Below, one piece after another: positions 47,561-57,698 of a stretch of 64,000 nt of DNA. This DNA is from a virus (Duplodnaviria > Caudoviricetes), in IMG/VR virus record IMGVR_UViG_2728369482_000003, positions 1 through 64,000 of that record; one strand, 5' to 3'. The notes under the pieces were generated by a model that searched no databases, was not told where the DNA came from, and saw only the letters and a list, made by a program, of their open reading frames with translations. How positions within the stretch are numbered: position 1 is the stretch's first letter; the number at the start of each line of letters is the position of its first letter. The position numbers were made by a program, and so were the translations under genes.

Positions 47561-48168
47561 TGTCCTACACCTTTGTCAACGCCGATACACTGATTCGACG
47601 GGTTCGACGGGTCCTGCGATCCTACGACGAAACGGGAATGATTGATCCGGTGGATTTTCCCCGGCTTCTCCGGGCCGGTCTGCACGATCTGGGCCTGCTG
47701 CCCGGCTACGAGCTGGAAACCCCCTTAGCCCTGATCCGGGGGAAAGCCCGGTTGCCTGACGGATTCCAGTCGGTTCATTCGGTATCGACCCAGACGGGCG
47801 ATCAGACCCGGTACTACGAACCATACCCCCGCAGCCGTCACGGCTATAAACTGGAAGCCGGCTGGCTTCATCTGCCGCTGGACGATCAGGAGATCTGGCT
47901 GCAATACGTGGGAGATAGTGAACCCGGTGAGCTGCCGGCCATTCCGGACAATCCGATCATTCAGACGTTTCTGGAGAAAAAGCTGGTGTACGAGCTGATT
48001 CATGACTGGCAATTTAACGGGGAAGAACTGAACCTGGAACGTAAGCTCCAACAGGCCGCCCAGGAGTACGAAGTAGCCTACCGGAATGCCCAGTTTGCCG
48101 TCAAACTCCCGTCTCCCCAGCAGGTAGCCACTTTTTTTCACCGGCAAAAACGCCGGCTTTACCGGTAA
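47560..48168 (+). CDS. Tail tubular/ring protein
   Basis: GKARLPDGF, YKLE.G.L, LQY, ELPAIPDN; position before the stabilisation protein. Confidence 0.7.
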   Translation: MSYTFVNADTLIRRVRRVLRSYDETGMIDPVDFPRLLRAGLHDLGLLPGYELETPLALIRGKARLPDGFQSVHSVSTQTGDQTRYYEPYPRSRHGYKLEAGWLHLPLDDQEIWLQYVGDSEPGELPAIPDNPIIQTFLEKKLVYELIHDWQFNGEELNLERKLQQAAQEYEVAYRNAQFAVKLPSPQQVATFFHRQKRRLYR

Positions 48169-48171
48169 GTT

Positions 48172-51100
48172 ATGGAACCCATCCGTTCGTCCTCGGACCA
48201 GGGCCTTTCGCCCGATACCCATCCCATTCAGCAGAAGCCCGGCGTTACCTACGTGCTCAACGGCCGGGCGGAATCCCACCCTACCGGTTCCTACCAGTGG
48301 AGTAATGAGCCAGCCTCCGAGCTGGCTTTTTTGTTACCCGATGGGTATACCCTCTACGGTACCCTGCGGATTGCCGAACTGGCCCGGACGTTACTGTTTA
48401 CCGGTAACGGTAATCTGTCCCGAATCGATCAGGTGGGCCACAACCTGGGCCCTGAAGTCAGTGACGAATCGGTACCCGTCGGTACGGTGATAAATCTATT
48501 AAGCTCGGCCTGTCTGGACTTCAGCTCGGAACTATCCCTGGCCTACCAGCTTAAAAACGATTCCTTATTTATTTACCTGGCCGATGGTCGTAACCCGGAC
48601 CGCCGGATTCGGCTAGCCGTCAATGTAGCCGGTCAGCTGAGTCTGCATACGGACAGCCGAACGATTACGGGTAGAGGTCCCTGTCAGGAGCCTCAGTACG
48701 GAAACTCACTGGACTGTGATCGCTGCCGACTCGATCCACTGGCCAGTCTACCCCATGTCAGTATCGGTTCGGTCAATACCGGAGGTAGTTTTGAGACGGG
48801 AGCGGTTCAGGTACGGGCTGCCTACGCTACCGCCCAGGGAGAACGATTAACCGAATTTGGTTCGGGTAGCCGGTTGATTCCGCTTTTCGACGGACCGCTT
48901 ATCAGTAAACCCGGCATAGTCTCATCCAAGAGTATTACCTGTCAGCTATTGGCTCCCTCGGATACGATCTATACCCACGTGGTCCTGGGGGTCCTGCTGA
49001 ACATCGGCGGGCAGGTAACCACCTACCAAACGGACGTGTATCCGATTACTGGTCAGCAGATCGTTCTGCAGGGCAACGAAACCCGGTTTCCGCTGAGTCT
49101 TGCCGAGCTGCTGGAAGTGAGGACCCATTACGATCACAGTGATGGGCTGACTATTGGGGCTAACCGGCTGCTGCGGTGGGGGCTGGCTGAAAAAGCCATT
49201 TCGAATCTGCAGAAATACCTGCTTACTATCCCGGTTCAATGGCAGACCACCCGGCTCAGGGAAGGAGCGTACGGAGATCCGCTGGTAGCGGCCCAATTCA
49301 AAACCTACCCCCGGGACGAGGTAATCGGGCTGGGGATCGTTTTCGAGTACAACGACGGGGACGAGACGGGCGTGTTTCATCTACCGGGCCGCCCGTCGGT
49401 ATCCACGGACTGGACAACGGACATCTCGGCGGACGGACTAAGTCTGGATACTACTGGTTCGGGCGTACCCCGCTGGAAAGTACGTTCGACGGCTACGCTG
49501 AACTTTGCCCCCCGTAATCCCGAACCGGGAGCGTTGTGGGAATCCGGCTCGATGGGATACTGGGAATCCAGTCTGAGGTATCCCAACCGGCCCGAGGTGT
49601 GGGGAGAGCTGTGCGGGACTCCGATTCGTCACCACAAGCTACCCTCCTCGGCCGTCACCCACATTCACGACGGGCTGGTAACGGGGAATACGGCCCCGGC
49701 TCTGACCAAAGGAGCCAACTACATTTATCCACTGGGTATCCAGATTGATCCGGCCTTGATTCGGCAGGCCGTACAGCGGGCCGAAGCGGACGGGGTGGTC
49801 AAACCCGGTCTGATCAGCCGGTTCCGCATCGTTCGGGCCGACCGGACGGGACAGGCTTCGGTGGTGGCCCGAGGAGCTCTGTTCAATCTGAATTCTTACC
49901 AACACAAAGCCAAAACGGTTTATTATCCGAACTATCCCTTCAACGACCGGAGGACCGATCCCCTGCTGAGCGTGGAAGATTATTCGTACGGAGATTCGGT
50001 TCAGGGAACTCTGGCGGCCCAGACCCCGCTACCATTTACACCGTCGAACCGATATACGTTTCATTCACCGGATACTCATTTTACCACCGCTGGTCGGGCG
50101 GACTATTTGCAGATTGAAACCGAGGAAGTCGGTCAGATGCAGGGTGAGTTTCGGCTGGCCGAGGGACAGGCTGAACAGAAACTGTTCAACCGGCTACTGG
50201 GTCAAATTGCTTTTGATCTGACGGCTACTTCCATCAGTCGGGATGGTGACCCGGTTCTGCTAATTCTACGAATCCTGGCGGAATCGGAAACCTACAAAAC
50301 CTTACTAAAATCAGCCATTCCGTACGAGAACCAATCAACCCAGTTTACGGGAGTTGGGTATTACAATGGCTACAAACTCAATACCAGTCCGGGTAGCAGT
50401 ATCCGACCCCTGGAACAACAGGTCTATCTGGAACCGGCTGTTCAGCAGGTAGGACCCGATCTGATTAACAATCGTTTTCGGGAACGCTCGGTCTATTTGA
50501 AAACAAGTGACGGCGGAGCCAGCGGACAGACTATTCAGGTAACCATCGGGGGAGCTACGTTTACCATTCCCAAACCCCGGTTTTCTACGTTACCGTTACC
50601 TACTGTAGCCGATACCAGCCGGCGGACCATCTACGAAGCCGGCGGGCTGAACATCGAAATAACCGAACCTGTTTCGCTACAATATGCTACACTCCGGGTT
50701 CGAAAAGATGCTCAGTACGGGAACCTGTCGAGCATGAACTACCTGGAGATGGGGGATGCACCGGTGGAACTATCCGCAACGGGACTGGTGAATTACTTCG
50801 GTGGGGATACATTTATCAACCGATTCAGCCTGAAGCGGAAACATTCCTTTTTTACCCAGACCTGGTATAAACTGCCAGCCGGCTCATCCGTCAATTATAC
50901 CGATTTAGCCAACGTAGCGTATCCAACGTATGTATTCAATACAAGCGGTCTACCAACCAGTGTACCCGATTTAGGAGGTATAGGTAGTTTAGTCCGTACA
51001 GCTGTCGAAGCTTCATTTGGGCAGGTCGTTACCCGGCTGGATCAACCGGTCAACAAAGGGCTCTACCAACGGGGATACGTCCATCTCTACAGTTACGGTA

Positions 51101-52635
51101 TCCCGTACTTTCTCTGTGAATCATCGGTCAACCTGGATCTTCGGCGGGCGGATGATTTGCTGGAAGGCGGGTTTTATCCACTGACCGATCCCTTCCAGTG
51201 GACCCAGGAAAACCAGGTTCCCATCGATCGGGACAACACCTACCTCTATGATAAAGCCTACTCGGCTCCACTGCGGCAGAACCGGCTACTGACTTACCCG
51301 GATTTTCAGCTGTACAACCAGTACTACGACCAGTTTCATCCCAACCGGACGATCTACTCTGAACCCGACGAGTTCCGTTACAGCAAAGCCCTCAACAGTT
51401 ACGATTTTGGTCTCGAGCAGGGAAAGCTCATCGGGCTGACGGCCCTGGAAGCCGGTAAAATCCTGGCCCGCTTTACGGGAGGTAGTTCGGTTTACAATGC
51501 CTACGATACGCTGCCCGTCGGAGCCAAAACCGTCGAGCTGGGCAACGGGGGCATGTTTGCTACCCGGCCCCAGCAGTTTATTGCCGTGGACGGGGGAGCC
51601 ATTGGGGCCCAGCACCGGGAGCTGATCCGTACTCCCTACGGAGTGGTCTGGGCCGACAGCAGCCGGGGAGCTTTGTATTTGCTGGCTCCGGGGGATATTC
51701 CCCAGAATCTGGCCCAGGGTCCCCTGGAATTCTGGCTGCGGGAACACCTACCGGCCAAACTCAAAACGCTTTATCCGGCCCTGCCGGAAGAAGCCCTGCC
51801 GATCCGGCTGGTCTATGATGACGTCAACCACCGGCTGCTACTGAGCCGGGCCGACTACTACCCAATCGTTTCAGGTATGGTGTACCGGGCGGATCAGGGC
51901 GTATTTTCCCTGAATGGTCCCCCGGTTCGCTTATCCGATTCGACAAAGTTCGAGAACCGGAGCTGGACGATCGGTTATCATTTTCCGACCAAAACCTGGG
52001 CCTACTACAGTTTCAGCCCCAGTCGATATCTGGGCTGGCCGGGTGGTTTTGTTTCCTACTACGAGCCGGGTATGACCGGCGGGAAAGGGGGCTGGATTCA
52101 CCGCAACAGCCGGCTGAAGTACCAGCGGTTCGGGGGTAAACCTTATCCGTTCATGCTGACCATCCATACCGGTCAGCAGGTTTCTTCGGTTCGGCTGGCC
52201 AGTCTGAGCTACGGACACGACGTTCGGCTTTACCGGGCGGGGACGGATGCTTACCAGCAGCTCGACGGGCAAACCTATGATCAACTGGTAGTTACCACTG
52301 ACCGGCAGACATCGGGTATCATCTCGCTGGCTCCGGCTACCGGTGGATCCATGCGGGCTTTGATCAATCCGGGTCCCCGGCTGGTGCAGGTTCAGAGCGG
52401 CATCTGGAACATCAACGGTATCCTGGACAAAACCGTAGCCGGGCAGCCCCTGTGGCTGACGGATCCGTCGGGTACGGTTCGGTTCGTCAACGATGCAGCG
52501 GTTCGCAATCCGATCCGTTCGTTCGACAAATCAGCCCTGATCGGATCGGGTTTTAGTTTCAGTTTCATCCAGAACAGCCGGTTCGACCGGCAATTCATTC
52601 ATCAGTTCGTTACCCCCGAGTTTAAACCGGTATGA
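48172..52635 (+). CDS. Tail stabilisation/muzzle protein
   Basis: 1487 aa; YPRDEV..LGI, MGYWES..RYP, IRHHKLP, FHSPDTHF, FGGDTFINRF, SWTIGY. Confidence 0.8.
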   Translation: MEPIRSSSDQGLSPDTHPIQQKPGVTYVLNGRAESHPTGSYQWSNEPASELAFLLPDGYTLYGTLRIAELARTLLFTGNGNLSRIDQVGHNLGPEVSDESVPVGTVINLLSSACLDFSSELSLAYQLKNDSLFIYLADGRNPDRRIRLAVNVAGQLSLHTDSRTITGRGPCQEPQYGNSLDCDRCRLDPLASLPHVSIGSVNTGGSFETGAVQVRAAYATAQGERLTEFGSGSRLIPLFDGPLISKPGIVSSKSITCQLLAPSDTIYTHVVLGVLLNIGGQVTTYQTDVYPITGQQIVLQGNETRFPLSLAELLEVRTHYDHSDGLTIGANRLLRWGLAEKAISNLQKYLLTIPVQWQTTRLREGAYGDPLVAAQFKTYPRDEVIGLGIVFEYNDGDETGVFHLPGRPSVSTDWTTDISADGLSLDTTGSGVPRWKVRSTATLNFAPRNPEPGALWESGSMGYWESSLRYPNRPEVWGELCGTPIRHHKLPSSAVTHIHDGLVTGNTAPALTKGANYIYPLGIQIDPALIRQAVQRAEADGVVKPGLISRFRIVRADRTGQASVVARGALFNLNSYQHKAKTVYYPNYPFNDRRTDPLLSVEDYSYGDSVQGTLAAQTPLPFTPSNRYTFHSPDTHFTTAGRADYLQIETEEVGQMQGEFRLAEGQAEQKLFNRLLGQIAFDLTATSISRDGDPVLLILRILAESETYKTLLKSAIPYENQSTQFTGVGYYNGYKLNTSPGSSIRPLEQQVYLEPAVQQVGPDLINNRFRERSVYLKTSDGGASGQTIQVTIGGATFTIPKPRFSTLPLPTVADTSRRTIYEAGGLNIEITEPVSLQYATLRVRKDAQYGNLSSMNYLEMGDAPVELSATGLVNYFGGDTFINRFSLKRKHSFFTQTWYKLPAGSSVNYTDLANVAYPTYVFNTSGLPTSVPDLGGIGSLVRTAVEASFGQVVTRLDQPVNKGLYQRGYVHLYSYGIPYFLCESSVNLDLRRADDLLEGGFYPLTDPFQWTQENQVPIDRDNTYLYDKAYSAPLRQNRLLTYPDFQLYNQYYDQFHPNRTIYSEPDEFRYSKALNSYDFGLEQGKLIGLTALEAGKILARFTGGSSVYNAYDTLPVGAKTVELGNGGMFATRPQQFIAVDGGAIGAQHRELIRTPYGVVWADSSRGALYLLAPGDIPQNLAQGPLEFWLREHLPAKLKTLYPALPEEALPIRLVYDDVNHRLLLSRADYYPIVSGMVYRADQGVFSLNGPPVRLSDSTKFENRSWTIGYHFPTKTWAYYSFSPSRYLGWPGGFVSYYEPGMTGGKGGWIHRNSRLKYQRFGGKPYPFMLTIHTGQQVSSVRLASLSYGHDVRLYRAGTDAYQQLDGQTYDQLVVTTDRQTSGIISLAPATGGSMRALINPGPRLVQVQSGIWNINGILDKTVAGQPLWLTDPSGTVRFVNDAAVRNPIRSFDKSALIGSGFSFSFIQNSRFDRQFIHQFVTPEFKPV

Positions 52636-54131
52636 TCGATTTTACCCAGCTTCTTTCCCTGGCACCGGCCAATGACGGAATCGATCTGTCGGGCTACGGA
52701 TTTGATTCGGCCGGGCAACAACCGGTCTCAATCGATACCGGCCGGGATCTTTCGGCAGAACCGGACGGCGATTCGGACGACGCGTATTTCCAGCAGGCCG
52801 AACAGCCCGTCTGGGACTACGATCCGACGGACGACGACGAGTTTGTCCGGCAGCTGCTGTATCAGCCGACGTACCGGTCCCGGGCTTTATCAATCCGGCC
52901 GGCGAGCCCGGACAACCAATCGGATTATTCCGGAATGCCGGGGAACAAGACTGGTCAATTTTATCGGACTACGAGGAATCTATCGGCTTTGGATGCGTTT
53001 CGATACTACACCGAGCAGAAGGGCCTGGCTCCCCACGTAGCCGCCGGTATCGTGGGTAATCTTCAGCAGGAATCAGGTTTTAATCCCCGGGCGGTGGGTG
53101 ATTCGGGGACGTCTCACGGGCTGGCCCAGTGGCATAACGAGCGGTGGCAGGGACTGCAGCAGGCAGCCCGACAGCAGGGCCGGGATCCCTACGATCCATA
53201 TTTCCAGCTGGACCACGTTCTCTCGGAACCGGGGGAATCGGCTTCGGTCTTAAACAAGTTAAACCAGACACGGACGGCTTCGGAAGCAGCCCGGGTTTTC
53301 GGCCGGAGCTACGAACGGTACAATCCGGTCCAGGCCAACGAAGCGGGTCGGGCGGCCTATGCCCGCCGGCTCCACGGAGAACCTTCCAGTCGGGAAACCT
53401 ACCAGGACGGTGGGTTGATTACGGGACTGATCGGTCAGGTAGCCGGCCAGGTAGTAAACTACGGACTGGAAAAGATATTCAACCCGACGGCATCTTCGGT
53501 TCCGGCCATCAACGGGTTTATTCAGCAGCAGCTGGGACAGGGTAATGTACAGGACCAGCAACTCCGGGCTTACCGAAATCAGCAGGAAGACGAGCTGAGT
53601 AACCCGGCCACCTACCAGCAGGGCGGGATGTCTCCCGGCTTTAACCAGCTCCGGGCCTACAAACCCCAGCTGGTGGGTGGTATTCCCCTGTCAGCAGCCG
53701 GAGCAACAGACTGGAAAACGAGCCAGTTGCAGAAGTTTGGCTTTTCCTATAACCAGGATAACACGGGCCGGGAGCTGATCAACTACTCGATGAAGACCCT
53801 GGGTAACAACGTGACCGGTAAAGCCTACGGGAATGATCCATTGAAACCGGCTACTGGTCTGCAGCCCGTTCAACCGGCGGCTCCCCAGCAACAGGCTCCG
53901 GTTATCAAGGCCCCCACGGGCTGGCTGGATGCGCTACTCAATCCGGGTATTCCGGTAGCTGTTCAGGCGGCTTCGGCCCTGGCCCTGAACGGACAGGCTC
54001 AGCAGCAGCGGGCCCTGGAGTGGAATAAACTCAAGGATCTTCCGTACCAGAAAGTACGGGCGGCCCAGCCCATTACCGGTACGGCACAACCCCTTTACGC
54101 CCGGTACGGGTATAATTCCTATGACTGCTAG
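52632..54131 (+). CDS. Virion cargo protein with phage tail lysozyme domain
   Basis: AAGIVGNLQQESGFNP...GLAQW..ERW...QLD...YER. Confidence 0.85.
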   Translation: MIDFTQLLSLAPANDGIDLSGYGFDSAGQQPVSIDTGRDLSAEPDGDSDDAYFQQAEQPVWDYDPTDDDEFVRQLLYQPTYRSRALSIRPASPDNQSDYSGMPGNKTGQFYRTTRNLSALDAFRYYTEQKGLAPHVAAGIVGNLQQESGFNPRAVGDSGTSHGLAQWHNERWQGLQQAARQQGRDPYDPYFQLDHVLSEPGESASVLNKLNQTRTASEAARVFGRSYERYNPVQANEAGRAAYARRLHGEPSSRETYQDGGLITGLIGQVAGQVVNYGLEKIFNPTASSVPAINGFIQQQLGQGNVQDQQLRAYRNQQEDELSNPATYQQGGMSPGFNQLRAYKPQLVGGIPLSAAGATDWKTSQLQKFGFSYNQDNTGRELINYSMKTLGNNVTGKAYGNDPLKPATGLQPVQPAAPQQQAPVIKAPTGWLDALLNPGIPVAVQAASALALNGQAQQQRALEWNKLKDLPYQKVRAAQPITGTAQPLYARYGYNSYDC

Positions 54132-54351
54132 TATCAAACCGATTGTTACGGAAGTCTCCGAGGAGCAGGTCCGGATGGTCAAGCTCTACAACGACGATCT
54201 CCGGCAGAGCATCAGCTGTCTTCGGGAACTACTCTCGGCCGGGGTTCGGACGGGTTCCGAGTTTCAGACCGAGTACACGTATATCCTGCCCGATGAGATC
54301 GACCGGGGGCTGGTACAGCAGAAAATTATGGAACTGCTCAAAAAGTTATGA
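54121..54351 (+). CDS. Hypothetical protein
   Basis: Overlaps both neighbours. Confidence 0.5.
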   Translation: MTASIKPIVTEVSEEQVRMVKLYNDDLRQSISCLRELLSAGVRTGSEFQTEYTYILPDEIDRGLVQQKIMELLKKL

Positions 54352-56414
54352 AGCTGAAACTAAAACAGTCGGGCGGTCCAGCTACCAATCAGGTAATCGT
54401 GGAAGCCGGTGAAATCGGCCGGGATTTGCAGGGTAATCTGGTTCAGATCGATTCTCAGGCTCCGTCCCATGACGATCCTAGGCTGATTCATTCCGGTGGG
54501 GTTAATTACGCACGGCCGGGTAAGGGTGGCGTACTGACCGATCAGCTCAAATCGATACTCTCTGATTCCCAAACTCAGATCAACCGGGGTGAGCGGAGTC
54601 AGAATCCGGCCGATGCTCAGATTGCCATTTCGGGTAAACAAGCTAACCAGCTAGGTAAAGAACTGGGGTTACCTGTCAAGATCCGTGGTTCGATATCCCC
54701 CAGTAAACTATTTCTTAGCCTGCAGACGGCCCGGGATAAAATGGCTAAAAAATACGTGTTGAAACCAAAACACCAGCAACTCTCGGGTAAAGCCTTTCAG
54801 ACCAGTCAGCACGTGAATGCCCTTCAGCAGCAGCAGCTACCGGACGATCAGGCCCTTTATAATCTGGTGTTCGGGATGCAGGAAGCCATGAAAAAACCGG
54901 AACCGGTAGCTACGGCCGTTATGCAGCAGGGTGGCCGGGTCAAGTTATCTACCCAGGGCTACAAACGAAATTCACCGGATAAGCACGAACCGGCTCTGGT
55001 GATCCCTTCCAACCAGATCACGATGGACGGAGTCGATCACGATATCCTGCTCTACGGGGACGGAGGTGAGGTGATTCACGCTACTCCGGACAAAGATTAC
55101 TACCTACCCAACTCCAGTCAGGTGCTGGAGATCCCATTAGGGCAGCAGGGTTACCACCGACCCTCGGTGAGCAACGGACAACGAGATCCGGTGACGGGCC
55201 GGGTATTGTTTCCTGCGGATGGACCCCTGCCAGTAATTGGTAAACCGGGCCAGTTCGATTATTCCCAGTCAGCCATCGATCAGTGGGCCACTGGAACCCT
55301 GCCGGCTCCGGTTAAACCGGCTCCTGTCAAAAAAACAGCTGGTAAACTAAACCCGAAAACTAGGGGAGTCAACCGGCCTACCCCTACCCGTCCGGTAACC
55401 CGGCAGGCTCAGGCAGCCGGTCTGTCCAAAACCGATTATTCGGCTTTTCTGCCCGATCCATCAGGTGATCCCACAGTTCCGCTGGTAGCTCCCCAAACCT
55501 ACGCTCCAGGTCAGATTCAAGCCGATTCCCTGGAACGGACCATGACTCCGGTTCGTACCGAGTCGGGTGTACCCGTCCAGTCGATCGTAGCCGGTGAACC
55601 AATTATTTCCAGTCTGGATAGCCGGGTAGCCGAACGTCGGCCCGGTCAAAAATACGTGGATGAGCTGAATCCATTCCGGCCCCGGTCCGAGCAGTTCATG
55701 GGGGATCTGTACAACCTGCTGGATGCCCAGACCCGTCAGCCGGGATACCTTCAACAAATGGACTACGTACCCCTGCACCTGGACCGGGTAAACCCTACGG
55801 CCAGCCGGCAAGCAATACAGGATGCCTACCAGGCGGCTAATCAGTCGATACCGGATCCGGGTACCCAAATCGGCCGGGCCCAGCAGGTAGCCCAGTACAG
55901 TAGCTACCTGGACAGTCTGAATCAGCTCAACGGACAGATCGACGGGCAGAACGTACAGATCGGCAACCAGGAGAACCAGTACAACCAGGCCGCCCGGCAG
56001 CAGATCGAGAGTCAGAATGCCCAGCTGCGGGATCAGTTCTACGTCCGGGACTTGCAGACCGAAGAAGCCCGCCGGCAGCAGACCTCGGCCAGTCTGAACA
56101 GTATTACCGGTAAGCTAAGTCAGGCCCGTCAGCAGATGGCCAACTACGACCTGTTTAAGTCGGCTTTTGCTCCCCGGTATAAAGTCAACGGGGACGGCAA
56201 GCTGGTCCTGGACAGCTCGGCTCCTCCGGTTCAATTCGGTCAGAAAGCCGTTCCAGCCAGTCCGAATGAACTGACAACGACGGAGACCACCCTGGACAAA
56301 GACGGTAAACCGGTCAAGACCCGGATCACCAAAAAAGAACTGGACTTTCTTACCCAGAACCGGGGCATCCTGCAACGACTCGGTCAGCTGGGAGCCCTGA
56401 AAGCTATCTACTGA
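54348..56414 (+). CDS. Virion cargo/ejected protein
   Basis: VEAGE..APSH motif, QQGG motifs, Q/N-rich coiled C-terminus; synteny. Confidence 0.65.
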   Translation: MKLKLKQSGGPATNQVIVEAGEIGRDLQGNLVQIDSQAPSHDDPRLIHSGGVNYARPGKGGVLTDQLKSILSDSQTQINRGERSQNPADAQIAISGKQANQLGKELGLPVKIRGSISPSKLFLSLQTARDKMAKKYVLKPKHQQLSGKAFQTSQHVNALQQQQLPDDQALYNLVFGMQEAMKKPEPVATAVMQQGGRVKLSTQGYKRNSPDKHEPALVIPSNQITMDGVDHDILLYGDGGEVIHATPDKDYYLPNSSQVLEIPLGQQGYHRPSVSNGQRDPVTGRVLFPADGPLPVIGKPGQFDYSQSAIDQWATGTLPAPVKPAPVKKTAGKLNPKTRGVNRPTPTRPVTRQAQAAGLSKTDYSAFLPDPSGDPTVPLVAPQTYAPGQIQADSLERTMTPVRTESGVPVQSIVAGEPIISSLDSRVAERRPGQKYVDELNPFRPRSEQFMGDLYNLLDAQTRQPGYLQQMDYVPLHLDRVNPTASRQAIQDAYQAANQSIPDPGTQIGRAQQVAQYSSYLDSLNQLNGQIDGQNVQIGNQENQYNQAARQQIESQNAQLRDQFYVRDLQTEEARRQQTSASLNSITGKLSQARQQMANYDLFKSAFAPRYKVNGDGKLVLDSSAPPVQFGQKAVPASPNELTTTETTLDKDGKPVKTRITKKELDFLTQNRGILQRLGQLGALKAIY

Positions 56415-56469
56415 TTTCCCAGCCAGTTCTTCTGAATTCAGTCCCTTTCCTTTTTTCTCTTTTCTCAAC

Positions 56470-56796
56470 GTGATTGAATTCGTCAAAACCCTGGGTATCC
56501 TGCTGGATAACTTTCCCCCCGTGATTCTGAGTCTGCTGGCCGTCCCGGCCGGGGCCCTGATTTTCGGACTCATCCAGAAACAGCGGGGTATCATCAAGAC
56601 CCCGAAGGAGCTGGTGGAAACGATCTTTATCGGTACGGTAACCGGCGGCTTCTGCGGGGCTCTGATTGCTCCCATGATCGGTTCGGTCACCAACCTGCCG
56701 GGCTACTGTTCCTCCTTTGTTTCGGGGGCTTCGGGCCACTGGATCGCCACCACCCTGCTACCCAAAAAGCAGGATGATTACTTACACAAACCCTAA
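56470..56796 (+). CDS. Holin-like membrane protein
   Basis: 108 aa, about 3 hydrophobic helices, charged C-terminus. Confidence 0.55.
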   Translation: MIEFVKTLGILLDNFPPVILSLLAVPAGALIFGLIQKQRGIIKTPKELVETIFIGTVTGGFCGALIAPMIGSVTNLPGYCSSFVSGASGHWIATTLLPKKQDDYLHKP

Positions 56797-56810
56797 TCCG
56801 TCCATTACCG

Positions 56811-57632
56811 ATGATCTACGGTACTGAAGAAGCCTTTATCTGGCTTACTGTCCTGCTGGGCCTTGTCAACGTATTTTTCCTCTACATCCGCTGGGACCGG
56901 ACCCATGAGCTATCTACCGGTCACGACCGGGTGGGGCTTATCAGTTGTTTTGGCAGCGGGCTGTGTCTGCTGATCTGTGCCCTGACGCCCAGTCTGGCCT
57001 ACCTGTTTATCTGGCTGGGACTTGGCTTTCTGGGGCTGAGTCTGGGTTACGAGTACTGGTACTTTGGTAAGTACCCGGTTAAAGTCGTCAAGATCGACAC
57101 TATTCCGGCTTACAAACCCCGGTTACACTGGGTAGCCGATCTGGTCGAAGCCAACCCGGATCCGATCCGACCCAAACCCTTCTGGCAGCGGCCGTTTTCG
57201 AGGGCTGAAGTCAGCTGGGGTATCTGCTTTTTTCTGATCGTCTTCGGCTTCGACCGGGTCATGACGGCCCTGGCCTACAAGGATAACGAAGTGATTGCCG
57301 CTAAACGGGAAAGCTCCCAGGTCGTTAAATCCGTCGTCAGTCAGCAGGGAGCCCGGACCCGTTCGGCCATTGCCCAGGCGGTGGATTCCCTCCGACAAAC
57401 CGATACGGTTATTTTGAACGGAATGCTCTACTACCGGATTCACCTTCAGCACCTGGACCAGCAGCAAAAGTTGGGAGACCGGCCGAAGCTGGGCAGCATA
57501 AAACCCAGACGGTCCGGAAAACTCAGCTACCCGGTTCAACCGATTGCTCCCAGCTTCGAGCAGCTGGATTCCCTGAGTAGTCCTGGTCAGTACGCCCTCT
57601 TACCCCCCGATACGCTGCGGATTCAGTTTTAG
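56811..57632 (+). CDS. Multi-TM membrane protein (possibly lysis-associated)
   Basis: Four hydrophobic segments followed by a coiled region. Confidence 0.5.
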   Translation: MIYGTEEAFIWLTVLLGLVNVFFLYIRWDRTHELSTGHDRVGLISCFGSGLCLLICALTPSLAYLFIWLGLGFLGLSLGYEYWYFGKYPVKVVKIDTIPAYKPRLHWVADLVEANPDPIRPKPFWQRPFSRAEVSWGICFFLIVFGFDRVMTALAYKDNEVIAAKRESSQVVKSVVSQQGARTRSAIAQAVDSLRQTDTVILNGMLYYRIHLQHLDQQQKLGDRPKLGSIKPRRSGKLSYPVQPIAPSFEQLDSLSSPGQYALLPPDTLRIQF

Positions 57633-57698
57633 AAACCGGACTGCTCAATTGATTCAGTCTATCTCACCTACTTCACCCAGGCTTTATTTTTAGCTTTT

